Assembly (NCBI GenBank): GCA_027021705.1
Contig: JALUTT010000040.1
Span: 1-58,389, forward strand
Direction of reading: 5' to 3'
Length of the DNA stretch: 58,389 bases
Origin: Anaerolineae bacterium
Lineage (GTDB): Bacteria > Chloroflexota > Anaerolineae > S140-20
This document shows, piece after piece, positions 9,567 through 18,996 of this stretch. Made by a program: the position numbers and the translations under genes. Position 1 is the stretch's first letter; the number at the start of each line of letters is the position of its first letter. A model generated the notes under the pieces. That model saw nothing but the letters and a program-made list of their open reading frames with translations. It had not been told where the DNA came from and made no database searches.

Positions 9567-10889
9567 AGAGAGGACCAACTCGGCCGCCCGGTCGGGGCCG
9601 CCATAGCCGGACAGCGCCCGTTGCAATCGGGCGGCCGCCTGGCGAAAGGAGGGTTCGTGGAGGACAGCGGTCAGGGCCGCGTGCACCTCCTGAGGGGAGA
9701 GAGTAGGCGTGGGAGCCATCAGCATCGCGTAGCGGCCACCGGGCCACCGCCCCTCCAAGGGACAGTAGGGAGGACGGGCATAGGGGAGGACGCGGGCAGC
9801 GCCGGCCGCCTCCAGCCGACGTCCGTTGGCCTCCTGCTCCGTGTGAAAGGGGACGACGACGGCGGGCTTCCCAGCGGCCACCACCTCCATCGTCGTGCCG
9901 TAGCCGCCGTGGAAGAGGACCGCGTCGGCGCGGGCGATCATCGCCCGACCGGGCACCCAACGCTCCAGCCGCACCGAGGGCGGGGGCGAGGGGAGCTGCC
10001 GGGGATCGAAGCGGCCCGTGGCGACGACCACCTGCCACGCCGTCCCTATCACGGCATCGTAGACCGTCTCGAAGAAGGGCGGCCCATCCACCAGATCGGC
10101 CCCACCGCCGACGGTGACGTAGACGACGGGACGCCGGGGGGACAGCGCCTCAAACCAGGGGGCCGGGGCCACGGCACGAGGGTCCCGCCGGACAAGGGCC
10201 CCGACGTAATGGGTGCGTTCCAGGTTGGGGGGCAGGGGGTCCAGTTCCGGGATGCTGGGCACCAAGAGCAGGTCACCGTCCAGCAACTCCTCAGCCCGGC
10301 GGATGGGGGGGAGTCCCCACGCCTCCAGCAGGGGGTTGAAGACGGGGCGCACGTCGGGGCTGAGGAGGCCGGCCGGCGGCTCCTGCCACCAGATGAGGCG
10401 CGGGGCGGCGGGATGGACGACGGATTTGACGATCTGGACGACGGGGAGGCCGGCCCGCCGTCCCACAAGGCGGGTGAGCAGGTGGGTATCGCCCACCAGG
10501 AGGTGGGGACGGAAGCGGTGCACCAGGGCCAGCAATGCCCCGACCCGGCGGCGCACCCGCGTTGGCGTCACCAGACCATCCCGGAGCACCTGGAAGTTGA
10601 GGTCGGAGAAGACGAGGTAGGCCGGCGGAGGGGGGAGCCGCCGCAGCCACCGGGCGAGGAGACGGGCTCCCTTCCCGAGTAGGGCGGTCAGCCGGTCTGG
10701 GGCCGGGGGGAGGCGAGGGCGCAGCACCGGGTAGCCGGCAGCTTCCACGCGGGCGGCGTGGGGACCGTCCAGGACGAAGGCTGCCTCCCATCCCCGGTCT
10801 CGCAGGGCCTCGGCCAGGGCCAGGCAGCGGCCCACGTGCCCGAACCCGCCCCCTCGAAAGCTGGGGAAGAAGAGGACACGCCTACCCAC
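9552..10889 (-). CDS. GT-B glycosyltransferase (family 1/28-like)
   Basis: GGGFGHVGRCLALA N-terminus; FHGGYGTTME..GKPAVVVP..EQ C-terminal motif. Confidence 0.88.
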   Translation of the reverse strand: MGRRVLFFPSFRGGGFGHVGRCLALAEALRDRGWEAAFVLDGPHAARVEAAGYPVLRPRLPPAPDRLTALLGKGARLLARWLRRLPPPPAYLVFSDLNFQVLRDGLVTPTRVRRRVGALLALVHRFRPHLLVGDTHLLTRLVGRRAGLPVVQIVKSVVHPAAPRLIWWQEPPAGLLSPDVRPVFNPLLEAWGLPPIRRAEELLDGDLLLVPSIPELDPLPPNLERTHYVGALVRRDPRAVAPAPWFEALSPRRPVVYVTVGGGADLVDGPPFFETVYDAVIGTAWQVVVATGRFDPRQLPSPPPSVRLERWVPGRAMIARADAVLFHGGYGTTMEVVAAGKPAVVVPFHTEQEANGRRLEAAGAARVLPYARPPYCPLEGRWPGGRYAMLMAPTPTLSPQEVHAALTAVLHEPSFRQAAARLQRALSGYGGPDRAAELVLSLTEL

Positions 10890-11934
10890 GACCGGCCATC
10901 CCCTCTACGACGACCAGGAGGGTCTCAGGACGGTGGCGGATCTGGTCCCAGGTGATGCGCCCCTCGGCCAGCCGGCTCAGGGTCTCGGTAAGGGCCCGGT
11001 TGACGGGGGTCTCCAGGCCGACCTGGGCTCCCCAATGGACGACGGCCCCGTTCAGGTCCTCGACCTCGGTGCGCCGCCGCCCCCGCCGCATCTCGATGAG
11101 GAGCGAGGGGGGCTTGGCCCCCCGCCCTCCGGCCACCAACCGACGCAGCAGGGGACAGAGCAACGGAGCGGGCAGCCAGCGGACGGCCCAGGCCAGAAGG
11201 GGGACCGGGTAGCCGGGCAGGGCGACGACAGGGATGGAGAGCCGTCGCATCACGGCCAAGGTCTCCCGCATGGCCCGCAGTTCCAGCCGGCAGAGGCGGG
11301 GATGGGCGAAAACGGCCTCGCTGGAGAGGTCCAGGATGGCCGCGCTGGCGTTGCCGATGAGGTTCAGCAGCAGCTTGGACCACTTCATCGCTCGGTAGTC
11401 GGCGTAGGCGCGGGTGGGCAGGCCGGCCTCGTTGAAGGCCGCCACCCAGGAGGCAACGGATCGGCCTGGGTCCAGCGGGGCCAGCCCCACGCCTCCCTTG
11501 CGCTTCTCCAGCACAACGGTGCCCGGCGCGGGCACGCTGACAGGGTTGAGGAAGGTGCCGGCGACGACCCGCTCTGCGCCAAAGGCGGCGGCCAGGCGCT
11601 CCTCGTTGAAGACGCCGTTTTGGAGGGAGAGGAAGTAGCGAGCCTCCAGGCCCGCTGCCTTCACCTCGGCGATGACGGCCTCGGTGTCGTAGCTCTTGAC
11701 GGTGACCAGGGCCAGGTCGTAAGGATCGGAGGAGGCCGCTTCAGCGATGGAGGCGACGGCGGTCACCTCCCACAGCACCTCCTCGCCGTCAGGAGAGCGA
11801 AGGCGCAGCCCCTCCCGTCGAACCGCCTGGACAAGGGCTGGTCGGCCCACCAGCGTGACGGTGTGGCCGGCCACGGCCAGCCGCCCTCCCACCCAGCCTC
11901 CTACCGCACCGGCTCCGATGACGACGATGCGCAT
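10882..11934 (-). CDS. panE: Ketopantoate reductase family protein
   Basis: MRIVVIGAGAVGG Rossmann motif, VKSYD, SLQNGV, KWSKLLLN, RTEVEDLNG. Confidence 0.85.
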   Translation of the reverse strand: MRIVVIGAGAVGGWVGGRLAVAGHTVTLVGRPALVQAVRREGLRLRSPDGEEVLWEVTAVASIAEAASSDPYDLALVTVKSYDTEAVIAEVKAAGLEARYFLSLQNGVFNEERLAAAFGAERVVAGTFLNPVSVPAPGTVVLEKRKGGVGLAPLDPGRSVASWVAAFNEAGLPTRAYADYRAMKWSKLLLNLIGNASAAILDLSSEAVFAHPRLCRLELRAMRETLAVMRRLSIPVVALPGYPVPLLAWAVRWLPAPLLCPLLRRLVAGGRGAKPPSLLIEMRRGRRRTEVEDLNGAVVHWGAQVGLETPVNRALTETLSRLAEGRITWDQIRHRPETLLVVVEGMAGRG

Positions 11935-11943
11935 ACCTGCTCC

Positions 11944-11972
11944 TTGCCTGCTGCACGATTTTGGACTATAAT
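11944..11972 (+). promoter_or_regulatory. Sigma70-type promoter for the MBL hydrolase
   Basis: TTGCCT-17 bp-TATAAT. Confidence 0.7.
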
Positions 11973-12030
11973 AGCGTCGCTTCGGGCTCTCCAGATCCAT
12001 TACCACCGCCTGACCACGCCGAGGAAAGGC

Positions 12031-12969
12031 ATGCCCTCCCTACAATCCATCCAACCTGATCTCTTCCTGATAGACCTGGAGTTCCAGGGGATGGATGGCG
12101 CGATCGGCGCCTATCTGCTCGCCGAGGGGGATGGCCGGTTCGCCCTGATCGAGTGCGGGCCGGTGAGCACGCTGGAGGCTCTGGAAGCGGGCATCCGAAC
12201 CGCCGGCCTCTCCCCGGAAGCGTTGCACGCGGTCCTGGTGACCCACATCCACTTGGATCACGCGGGGGCGGCCGGCACGCTGGCCCAACGCTACGGGGCC
12301 ACCGTCTACGTCCACGAAGTAGGCACTCCCCACCTGGCCGATCCCAGCCGCCTCTGGGCCAGCGCCGCCCGCATCTACGGCGATCAGATGGAACCCCTCT
12401 GGGGCCGGATTGATCCGGTCCCGCGAGACCAACTCTACGCCCTCACCGACGGCGACACGGTGCCCCTGGGCCGGTGGAAGGTGCAGGCCGTCTACACCCC
12501 CGGCCACGCCTCCCACCACGTGGTCTACCGGCTGGACAGCCTGGTCTTCACCGGCGACCTGGCCGGCGTCCGGCTGCCGGGCTCCCGCTTCGTCGCCCCG
12601 CCCACCCCGCCTCCCGAGCTCCACTTGGAGACGTGGCACGACAGCCTGGCCCGGCTGCGAGCGCTGCGCCCCACCCACCTGCTACTCACCCACTTCGGCG
12701 TCTACACGGGAGACGTGGACGAGCACTTGGAGGCGCTGGAGGCCCGGCTGGACCACTGGGGGGAACTGCTCCTCGCGCAGATGCGCTCCGGTGCCGGGGA
12801 AGATGTCCTCATCGAGACCCTCAGGGCAGAGGTCACCAGGGAGATTCGGGCCTTGGGCGAAGGCGACGCGATGGTCCGCCGTCAGGGGCTGGTCTCTCCG
12901 GTGGAGATAAACGTCTGGGGGTATCAGCGCTACTACCGAAAGCACCACCCAGAGCGACTTTCTCCTTGA
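12031..12969 (+). CDS. MBL-fold metallo-hydrolase
   Basis: THIHLDHAG, TPGHASHH, FTGD, THFG motifs; ATG 12031 after GAGGAAAGG (the track ORF from 10933 is over-extended). Confidence 0.92.
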   Translation: MPSLQSIQPDLFLIDLEFQGMDGAIGAYLLAEGDGRFALIECGPVSTLEALEAGIRTAGLSPEALHAVLVTHIHLDHAGAAGTLAQRYGATVYVHEVGTPHLADPSRLWASAARIYGDQMEPLWGRIDPVPRDQLYALTDGDTVPLGRWKVQAVYTPGHASHHVVYRLDSLVFTGDLAGVRLPGSRFVAPPTPPPELHLETWHDSLARLRALRPTHLLLTHFGVYTGDVDEHLEALEARLDHWGELLLAQMRSGAGEDVLIETLRAEVTREIRALGEGDAMVRRQGLVSPVEINVWGYQRYYRKHHPERLSP

Positions 12970-13966
12970 AGGCTTCCAGCGAGTCACTCCCCCGAATGCG
13001 GACCCGCTGGAGCTCGAAGAGGCCCTCGGTGGTGTGGATGGACCCGTACTGGGTCGTCACCGCTCCCCAGTAGCCGGCCGCTCTCAGCATCCGAATCACC
13101 GCCTCATCGTACTGGCCCGACGGATAGCAGAAGAAGCGGACCTCCTGGGGCATCCGGGCCTCGATCGCCTCCTTGGAGCCCAGGATCTGCCAAAGCAGCG
13201 CGTTCCAAGAAAGCCCCCGCAGATCGGGGTGGGTTCGGCTGTGGGACCCGATCTCCATCCCGGCCCGCTGCATCTCGACCACCTGCTCCCAGGTCATATA
13301 GGGCGCTTCCCGGTAGGTGATCCGATCGGTGATGACGAAGAAGGTGCCGACAAAGCCGTACCGCCGCAGGATCGGGAAGACGACCTCGTAGTGATCCTTG
13401 TAGCCATCGTCGAAGGTGAGGATGATCGGCTTCTCCGGCAGCGGCCAGCCCAGCGTCAGGTGGTAGAGCAGGTCCTTCAGGGTGATGGTCGTGTAGCCCT
13501 GTTCGTAGAGCCAGCGCATCTGGGCCTCGAACTGGTCCGGCGCGACGGAGAGACCTTGGCGATAGCGGTCAGCATCGGGGGGCGGGACGGAGACGTAGTG
13601 GTACATCAAGATGGGCACCTGGACCCGTCGCCTCTCCCCATCGGGCGTGGGCCAGGGGGTGGGCGTGGGAGTCGGCGTCGGGGTCGGCGTGGGCGTGGGC
13701 GTCAGGGTAGGGGTCGGCGTCTCCGTGGGCGTCGGCGTTGGCGAGGGCGTCAGCGTGGCGGTAGGGGTGGATGTGGGCGTGGGTGTGGCCGTAGGGGTCG
13801 AGGTTGAGGTTGGGGTGGGCGTCGCCGTGGGTGTGGCGGTGGCCGTCGGGGTTGCCAAGGCCAGGAAGGGGACAGCATCACGCATCCCCACAGCGGTCAG
13901 CGCCAGTCCTGCCAGCAGGAGGCTGGAAAAGGTCAGTCCCAGGCCACGACGGATCCACGCGAGCAC
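12833..13966 (-). CDS. Polysaccharide deacetylase with N-terminal TM and Pro/Thr-rich linker
   Basis: [32 protein letters not shown] 13966 after GGAGGGGGAG. Confidence 0.9.
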   Translation of the reverse strand: MLAWIRRGLGLTFSSLLLAGLALTAVGMRDAVPFLALATPTATATPTATPTPTSTSTPTATPTPTSTPTATLTPSPTPTPTETPTPTLTPTPTPTPTPTPTPTPWPTPDGERRRVQVPILMYHYVSVPPPDADRYRQGLSVAPDQFEAQMRWLYEQGYTTITLKDLLYHLTLGWPLPEKPIILTFDDGYKDHYEVVFPILRRYGFVGTFFVITDRITYREAPYMTWEQVVEMQRAGMEIGSHSRTHPDLRGLSWNALLWQILGSKEAIEARMPQEVRFFCYPSGQYDEAVIRMLRAAGYWGAVTTQYGSIHTTEGLFELQRVRIRGSDSLEAFKEKVALGGAFGSSADTPRRLSPPERPAPDGGPSRRLRPRPESPW

Positions 13967-14113
13967 GCTCCCCCTCCCGAAGATACCTGATCCCGCCGAT
14001 CGAGAATAGCGCTTCCGGCAGACCAGGACCCAGCCATCCCGGGTCCGGTCCGAGCCCAGCTTCCGCTTCCGGCGATCGGGCGCACCTTTGCGCCCACTCC
14101 GAGACGACGTGCA

Positions 14114-14142
14114 AGGATACAACAGGAGCCCCAATCTGTCAA
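14114..14142 (-). promoter_or_regulatory. Sigma70-type promoter for the deacetylase gene
   Basis: TTGACA-17 bp-TATCCT on the minus strand. Confidence 0.65.
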
Positions 14143-14284
14143 GAAGCAAAGCGGGTGGAACCCCGATCCCCACATCTCGGCACCCTGGGCTCCGGCTCCC
14201 GTGAGTTTCGTCTGGAGGGAAGATGACATCTGGCACTACCAGGCCGGGGAAGGCTGCCCTACCTTAAGGGCAGGCAACTGTTCA

Positions 14285-14378
14285 CCCTCCCGCAGGTTAG
14301 GCGCGTTTCCGACGCGAAGTCGTGCTTCAATAGCCCATCGGGGCTGAAAGCGCCCTCGACCGGGGACCTGCGGGAGGG
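14285..14378. repeat. 94-bp TIR element, copy 1 (subfamily A)
   Basis: CCCTCCCGCAGGT...ACCTGCGGGAGGG; close reverse complement of 24949-25042. Confidence 0.9.
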
Positions 14379-14444
14379 CAGAACCTCCCCGGCCGGTGCG
14401 CCCCACCCAGGGATTCCGCTATCTCGCAGTGAAGGAGGCTCGTG

Positions 14445-14720
14445 ATGACCAGAGGATGGGTCTACATCGAAACGGACAAGTGCAAAGGCTGCGAACTTTG
14501 TACAACGGTCTGTCCCCCCAACGTGCTGCATATGGCGACAGATCGTTTTAATGCCAAGGGCTACCATCCGGTGGAGTTGGTCGAGACAGAGGATGCCTAC
14601 TGCACCGGCTGCGGCCTCTGCGCGATGATCTGTCCGGACGTGGTGCTGACCGTCTTCCGGGAGCCCCGGCGGCCCCGTCGTCGGCCAGCGCCCGAGCCGG
14701 TGTCAGCCGTCCCAGCGTAG
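14445..14720 (+). CDS. 2x[4Fe-4S] ferredoxin, delta subunit of 2-oxoacid:ferredoxin oxidoreductase
   Basis: CKGCELCTTVCP and CTGCGLCAMICP; GAAGGAGG RBS. Confidence 0.93.
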   Translation: MTRGWVYIETDKCKGCELCTTVCPPNVLHMATDRFNAKGYHPVELVETEDAYCTGCGLCAMICPDVVLTVFREPRRPRRRPAPEPVSAVPA

Positions 14721-14738
14721 CAGCAGGAGGTATGGCCG

Positions 14739-15821
14739 ATGGCGAAAGAGATGCTCAAGGGGAACGAGGCGATCGCCGAAGCCGCCATCCGGGCCGGTCT
14801 GGAGGCGTTCTTCGGCTATCCCATCACGCCTCAATCGGAACTGCTGGAACATATGGCCCGGCGGATGCCGGAACTGGGCCGGGTCTTCCTGCAGGCGGAG
14901 AGCGAGGTGGCCGCCATCAACATGGTCTACGGCGCAGCCTGTGCCGGCGTCCGAGTGATGACCTCTACATCGGGTCCCGGCTTCAGCTTGATGCAGGAGG
15001 GGCTCTCCTACATCGCTGGCTCCGAGGTGCCGGCCGTGGTGGTCAACATTATGCGCGGCGGTCCCGGCCTGGGCAACATCCAACCCTCCCAGGGGGACTA
15101 CTTCCAAGTCACCCGCTCGGCGGGCCACGGCGACTTCCACCCCATCGTCCTGGCCCCGGCGACGGTGCAGGAGTCCATTGACTTGGTGACGCTGGCCTTC
15201 GACCTGGCGGAGAAGTACCGAACGCTGGTGATCGTGGCCGGTGACGGCAGCATCGGCCAGATGATGGAGCCGGCCGAGTTGCCCCCGATGCGTCCCCTCC
15301 GCAAGGAGCGGCCCAGTTGGGCGCTGACCGGAGCCAAGGGGAGGGAGCCCAACGTCATCACCTCCCTCTACCTGGGTGCAGCCAACCTGGAGAAGCTCAA
15401 CCTCCGCTTGCAGGAGAAGCTGGCCCGGATCGAGGCCAACGAGATACGCTACAAGGAGTACATGACAGAAGACGCCGAGTTGCTGCTGGTGGGCTTCGGC
15501 ACCGCCGGTCGGGTCTGCCTCAGCGTCGTCCAGGAAGCTCGGGATCGAGGCATCAAAGCCGGCCTCTTCCGGCCCATCACCCTTTGGCCCTTCCCCATGC
15601 AGCGGATCGCCGAACTGGCGGAACGGGTCCGGGGCATCCTTGTGGTGGAGATGAACGCCGGACAGATGCTCCACGACGTGCGGGAGGCGGTAGAGGGGCG
15701 AACACCCGTGCGCTTCTACGGACGGTTGGGTGGATTCATCCCCCTGCCCGACGAGATCCTGCCGGAGGTGGAGAAGTTGGATGCGGAGACCCGGTCCAAG
15801 GTGGCGGTTCCTGCCCGCTGA
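14739..15821 (+). CDS. vorB: 2-oxoacid:ferredoxin oxidoreductase alpha subunit (VorB type)
   Basis: [45 protein letters not shown]. Confidence 0.9.
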   Translation: MAKEMLKGNEAIAEAAIRAGLEAFFGYPITPQSELLEHMARRMPELGRVFLQAESEVAAINMVYGAACAGVRVMTSTSGPGFSLMQEGLSYIAGSEVPAVVVNIMRGGPGLGNIQPSQGDYFQVTRSAGHGDFHPIVLAPATVQESIDLVTLAFDLAEKYRTLVIVAGDGSIGQMMEPAELPPMRPLRKERPSWALTGAKGREPNVITSLYLGAANLEKLNLRLQEKLARIEANEIRYKEYMTEDAELLLVGFGTAGRVCLSVVQEARDRGIKAGLFRPITLWPFPMQRIAELAERVRGILVVEMNAGQMLHDVREAVEGRTPVRFYGRLGGFIPLPDEILPEVEKLDAETRSKVAVPAR

Positions 15822-15832
15822 AGTCCAACGGG

Positions 15833-15861
15833 TTGCCTCCCCAGATAAAATCCGGTACAAT
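15833..15861 (+). promoter_or_regulatory. Internal sigma70-type promoter ahead of the nuclease gene
   Basis: TTGCCT-17 bp-TACAAT. Confidence 0.7.
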
Positions 15862-15905
15862 ACCAACGGGAGTTCCACACGGTGGGACGAAAGGGATCGT
15901 GGAAC

Positions 15906-16775
15906 GTGACCGAGATAGACCGGGAAACCGTCCGGCAGATCATCCGAAGCGAGCTACCCGCCCTGTTGCGGGAGGATAGGGCCTTGCGCCTGGAGATGGT
16001 GGAGCTGCTGGCCGACGTTCTGATGACCCGCCGGGACCACGAGGCCAGCATCGCCGAGCTCGGCCGAACCCTGGCGCAGCTCAATGCTACCCTGCGCGAG
16101 GTCCAGGCCCAGTTGGCCCAACTCAACCGGCGGGTAGACCATCTGGAAGCCCGGCTCGCCCACCTGGAGACCCGGATGGACCACCTAGAGGCCCGAATGG
16201 AGCGTCTGGAGGAAGGACAGGCCCAGATCCTGCAGCGAGTTACCCGCCTGGAAGAAGGGCAAGCCCGTTTGGAAGAAGGGCAAGCCCGCCTGGAAGAAGG
16301 ACAAGCTCGCCTGGAAAGAGGGCAGAGACGCTTGGAAGAGCGCATCTTGGTCATCGGCGGACGATGGGGGCTTAAGAATGAAGCCGCCTTCCGCAATGCC
16401 CTTCGAGGTATGCTGGCAGGCCTGGGCTACAAGGTCGAACACTACGAGACCTGGGATGCCTCCGGGCAGGTCCATGGCTTCCCCGCGCAGGTTGAGATTG
16501 ACCTGGTCGTGCGCGACGGTGAGCTGTGGCTGGTCGAGATCAAAGGTCGGGTGAGCGGCAGCGACTTGTTCACCTTTATGCGCAAGGTCCGCTTCTACGA
16601 GGACCAGACCGGCCAGCGGGCCACGCGACGGATCATCATCGCGCCCATCATCGAGGAGCCTGCCCAGAAGCGGGCTCAGGAAGAGGGGATCGAATGGTAC
16701 GCGGCCCCCGACGAGGTCCCCGTCGAGGACGGGGATGCCTCGCCGGAGGGGCAAGAACCAGGAGGGAAGGGATGA
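15906..16775 (+). CDS. Coiled-coil plus PD-(D/E)XK nuclease-fold protein (DUF3782-like)
   Basis: Heptad repeats [43 protein letters not shown] catalytic-like motif; start could be 15882 or 15906. Confidence 0.8.
   Translation: MTEIDRETVRQIIRSELPALLREDRALRLEMVELLADVLMTRRDHEASIAELGRTLAQLNATLREVQAQLAQLNRRVDHLEARLAHLETRMDHLEARMERLEEGQAQILQRVTRLEEGQARLEEGQARLEEGQARLERGQRRLEERILVIGGRWGLKNEAAFRNALRGMLAGLGYKVEHYETWDASGQVHGFPAQVEIDLVVRDGELWLVEIKGRVSGSDLFTFMRKVRFYEDQTGQRATRRIIIAPIIEEPAQKRAQEEGIEWYAAPDEVPVEDGDASPEGQEPGGKG
16245..16325 (+). repeat. 21-bp coding tandem repeat (RLEEGQA)
   Basis: CGCCTGGAAGAAGGGCAAGCC-like unit, about 4 copies. Confidence 0.9.
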
Positions 16776-17578
16776 TCGCGGATATTCTGACCCAAGCGCC
16801 TGACCACGTGCGTGAGCTGAACATGGAAGTGGTCTATCAGCACCCGGAGTCTCTGCGCCAGGTGCATACCCACTACTGCCCCGGCTGCACCCACGGCATC
16901 ATCCACCGGATGATCGCGGAGGTCGTTGATGAACTGGGCATCCGGGAGCGGACCATCGGCGTCGCCCCGGTGGGGTGCGCCGTGCTGGCCTACGAGTACT
17001 TCAACCTGGACAGCGCGGAAGCGGCTCACGGGCGCGCGCCGGCGATGGCCACCGGCCTGAAGCGGGTGCAACCGGACCGGATCGTCTTTACCTACCAGGG
17101 GGACGGCGACCTGGCTTCCATCGGGATGGCCGAGATCATCCACGCGGCCAACCGGGGGGAACTGATCACCGTCTTCTTCATCAACAACGCCAACTACGGG
17201 ATGACGGGGGGGCAGATGGCCCCGACGACCCTGCCCGGTATGGTCACCACCTCCTCCCCCTACGGTCGGGATGTGGAAACGATGGGGTTCCCCGTGCGGA
17301 TGGCCGAGCTGATCGCCACGCTGCCCGGGACCGTCTACTCGGTGCGCCGGACCACGGTGGACATCGGGACGATCAAGCGGGCCAGAAAGGCAATCAAGAC
17401 GGCCTTCCAGGTCCAGATGGCCGGGCTGGGCTTCTCCTTTGTGGAGTTCCTCTCCTCCTGCCCGACCAACTGGCACCTGACGCCGGCCGAGTCCCTGCAG
17501 TGGATCAAGGAGAACATGGTCCCCTACTACCCGTTGGGGGACTACAAGGTCGCCGATGTGGTGAAGAAGCTGCGGTGA
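16772..17578 (+). CDS. 2-oxoacid:ferredoxin oxidoreductase beta (TPP-binding) subunit
   Basis: [39 protein letters not shown] overlaps the nuclease stop (ATGA). Confidence 0.92.
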   Translation: MIADILTQAPDHVRELNMEVVYQHPESLRQVHTHYCPGCTHGIIHRMIAEVVDELGIRERTIGVAPVGCAVLAYEYFNLDSAEAAHGRAPAMATGLKRVQPDRIVFTYQGDGDLASIGMAEIIHAANRGELITVFFINNANYGMTGGQMAPTTLPGMVTTSSPYGRDVETMGFPVRMAELIATLPGTVYSVRRTTVDIGTIKRARKAIKTAFQVQMAGLGFSFVEFLSSCPTNWHLTPAESLQWIKENMVPYYPLGDYKVADVVKKLR

Positions 17579-17594
17579 GGGGGAGGTGAGACCG

Positions 17595-18173
17595 ATGCGA
17601 ACAGGGGACAACAAGCGACAGGAAGAGGTGATCATCTCCGGCTTCGGCGGTCAGGGAGCGCTCTTCGCCGGCCAGTTGCTGGCCTACGCCGCGATGGATG
17701 CCGGCAAGCACGTCACCTGGATCCCCTCTTACGGCCCGGAGATGCGGGGCGGGACGGCCCACTGCACGGTGATCATCAGCGACGATGAGATCGGCTCACC
17801 GCTGGTGCGCCACCCCAGCGCGGCCATCGTGCTTAACATCCCCTCGATGGATAAGTACGAACCGCTGGTCAAACCGGGGGGTGTCCTGGTCGTCAACAGC
17901 TCGCTGGTCCCCCGGCGCTCCGAGCGAGAGGAGATTCGGGTCGTCTACGTGCCGGCCAACACCATTGCCGAGGAGTTGGGCAGCGCCCGGATGGCCAACG
18001 TGGTCTGCCTGGGGGCGCTGGTGGAGGTGCTGGGCATCGTCACGGTGGAGCAGGTGGAGGCGGCGCTGGACGCTCACCTGCCGGCCCGCAAGCGAGACCT
18101 GTTGGAGCTGAACAAACAGGCCCTGCGCCGGGGCGCGGAGATCGCCCGAGAGCAGACGATGGTGCCGGCCTGA
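17595..18173 (+). CDS. 2-oxoacid:ferredoxin oxidoreductase gamma subunit
   Basis: ISGFGGQG, PSYGPEMRGG, ANVVCLGA. Confidence 0.93.
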   Translation: MRTGDNKRQEEVIISGFGGQGALFAGQLLAYAAMDAGKHVTWIPSYGPEMRGGTAHCTVIISDDEIGSPLVRHPSAAIVLNIPSMDKYEPLVKPGGVLVVNSSLVPRRSEREEIRVVYVPANTIAEELGSARMANVVCLGALVEVLGIVTVEQVEAALDAHLPARKRDLLELNKQALRRGAEIAREQTMVPA

Positions 18174-18203
18174 CCCGGCGACCTTCCGAACCCACCAACC
18201 TGG

Positions 18204-18235
18204 GGGCGGTCGAGAGGCCGCCTCCTTCCTTTTCT
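18204..18235 (+). terminator. Intrinsic terminator of the oxidoreductase operon
   Basis: GGCGGTC-GAGA-GGCCGCC hairpin followed by TCCTTCCTTTTCT. Confidence 0.6.
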
Positions 18236-18254
18236 CGCCGGACGGGGTATAATT

Positions 18255-18396
18255 GAGGCACCGAGGGGTGAGGGATGAGGTACCGAGGGGTGAAGGATGA
18301 GGCACCGAGGGGTGAGGGATGAGGTACCGAGGGGCAGAGGGCAAGGGCCCAGGACTGAGGACTGAGGACTAAGGGCTGAGGACTGAGAAACCGAGG
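18255..18396 (+). repeat. Short tandem-repeat tract (22-bp GAGGYACC-GAGGGGT-GAGGGAT units, then GACTGAG heptamers) in a 5' leader
   Basis: Read directly; lies between TATAAT (18248-18253) and ATG 18403. Confidence 0.9.
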
Positions 18397-18402
18397 TGAA
18401 CG

Positions 18403-18996
18403 ATGACCTCAACACTAGATCCCAAAGGAGGCCTGGAACGCCGCATCCGTGCGGCCTACGAGTTGATCCGGGAGTACGAGGAGCAGATGCTGACGGCCTC
18501 GGACCCGAAGGCGAAGGCCCGTTACCAGCGCGAAGTGGCGCAGCAGTGGGAACTGATCGAGCAGTGGGTGGCGAGCTACCAGGCCCTCTGCCAGAGGTTG
18601 GGCGAACCGATGGCCGAGGAGATCCGGCAGATCGCCGCCCTGGCCGCTTCGAGGAAAGCTCCGCCTCCATCCGAGGCCACGGCCCCGCCATCCCCCGCCA
18701 CCGGCACCACCTACCACGTCCAGATCGGGCAGGCGACGGGGATCGCCATCGGGGATGGGGCGCAGGTCATCCAATCCGCCCCGGCGGAACAATCGCCGGT
18801 GGATGACCGGGAGGCCCTGAAGCGGGCATTGCGGCGGGCCCGCCGGGCCTTGGCCATCCTGGAGGAGCAGGTGGCCGGCTTCGGTGCCCTGCACGTGCCC
18901 GCCCACCTCCAGATCGAGCTGGAGGAGAAGCGGGAGGAGGTCGCCCGGCTGGAGGCCCGACTGCGAGCAAAGAAGGAGGAAAGGGATGAAGATTGA
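18403..18996 (+). CDS. Hypothetical protein: two small helical domains around a RHIM/BASS-like motif
   Basis: GAGGTG RBS; helical N-domain, Pro linker, YHVQIGQATGIAIGDGAQVIQ, C-domain LEEQVAGFGALHVPAHLQIELEEK. Confidence 0.75.
   Translation: MTSTLDPKGGLERRIRAAYELIREYEEQMLTASDPKAKARYQREVAQQWELIEQWVASYQALCQRLGEPMAEEIRQIAALAASRKAPPPSEATAPPSPATGTTYHVQIGQATGIAIGDGAQVIQSAPAEQSPVDDREALKRALRRARRALAILEEQVAGFGALHVPAHLQIELEEKREEVARLEARLRAKKEERDED

Noticed and set aside
10933..12969. 678-aa ORF as a fusion protein
   Set aside because: The first 366 codons are antisense to panE. A promoter and RBS support the start at 12031.
13640..13860. ACGCCC/ACCCCG-type repeats (also near 33330-33500 and 50525-50670) as contingency loci
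   Set aside because: They encode ordinary Pro/Thr linkers with varied codons and stay in frame.
14285..14378. 94-bp element as a tRNA or riboswitch
   Set aside because: It has no T-loop (TTCRA in a tRNA context), D-loop or CCA end. The closing stem is 13 bp, and copies occur in both orientations relative to transcription.
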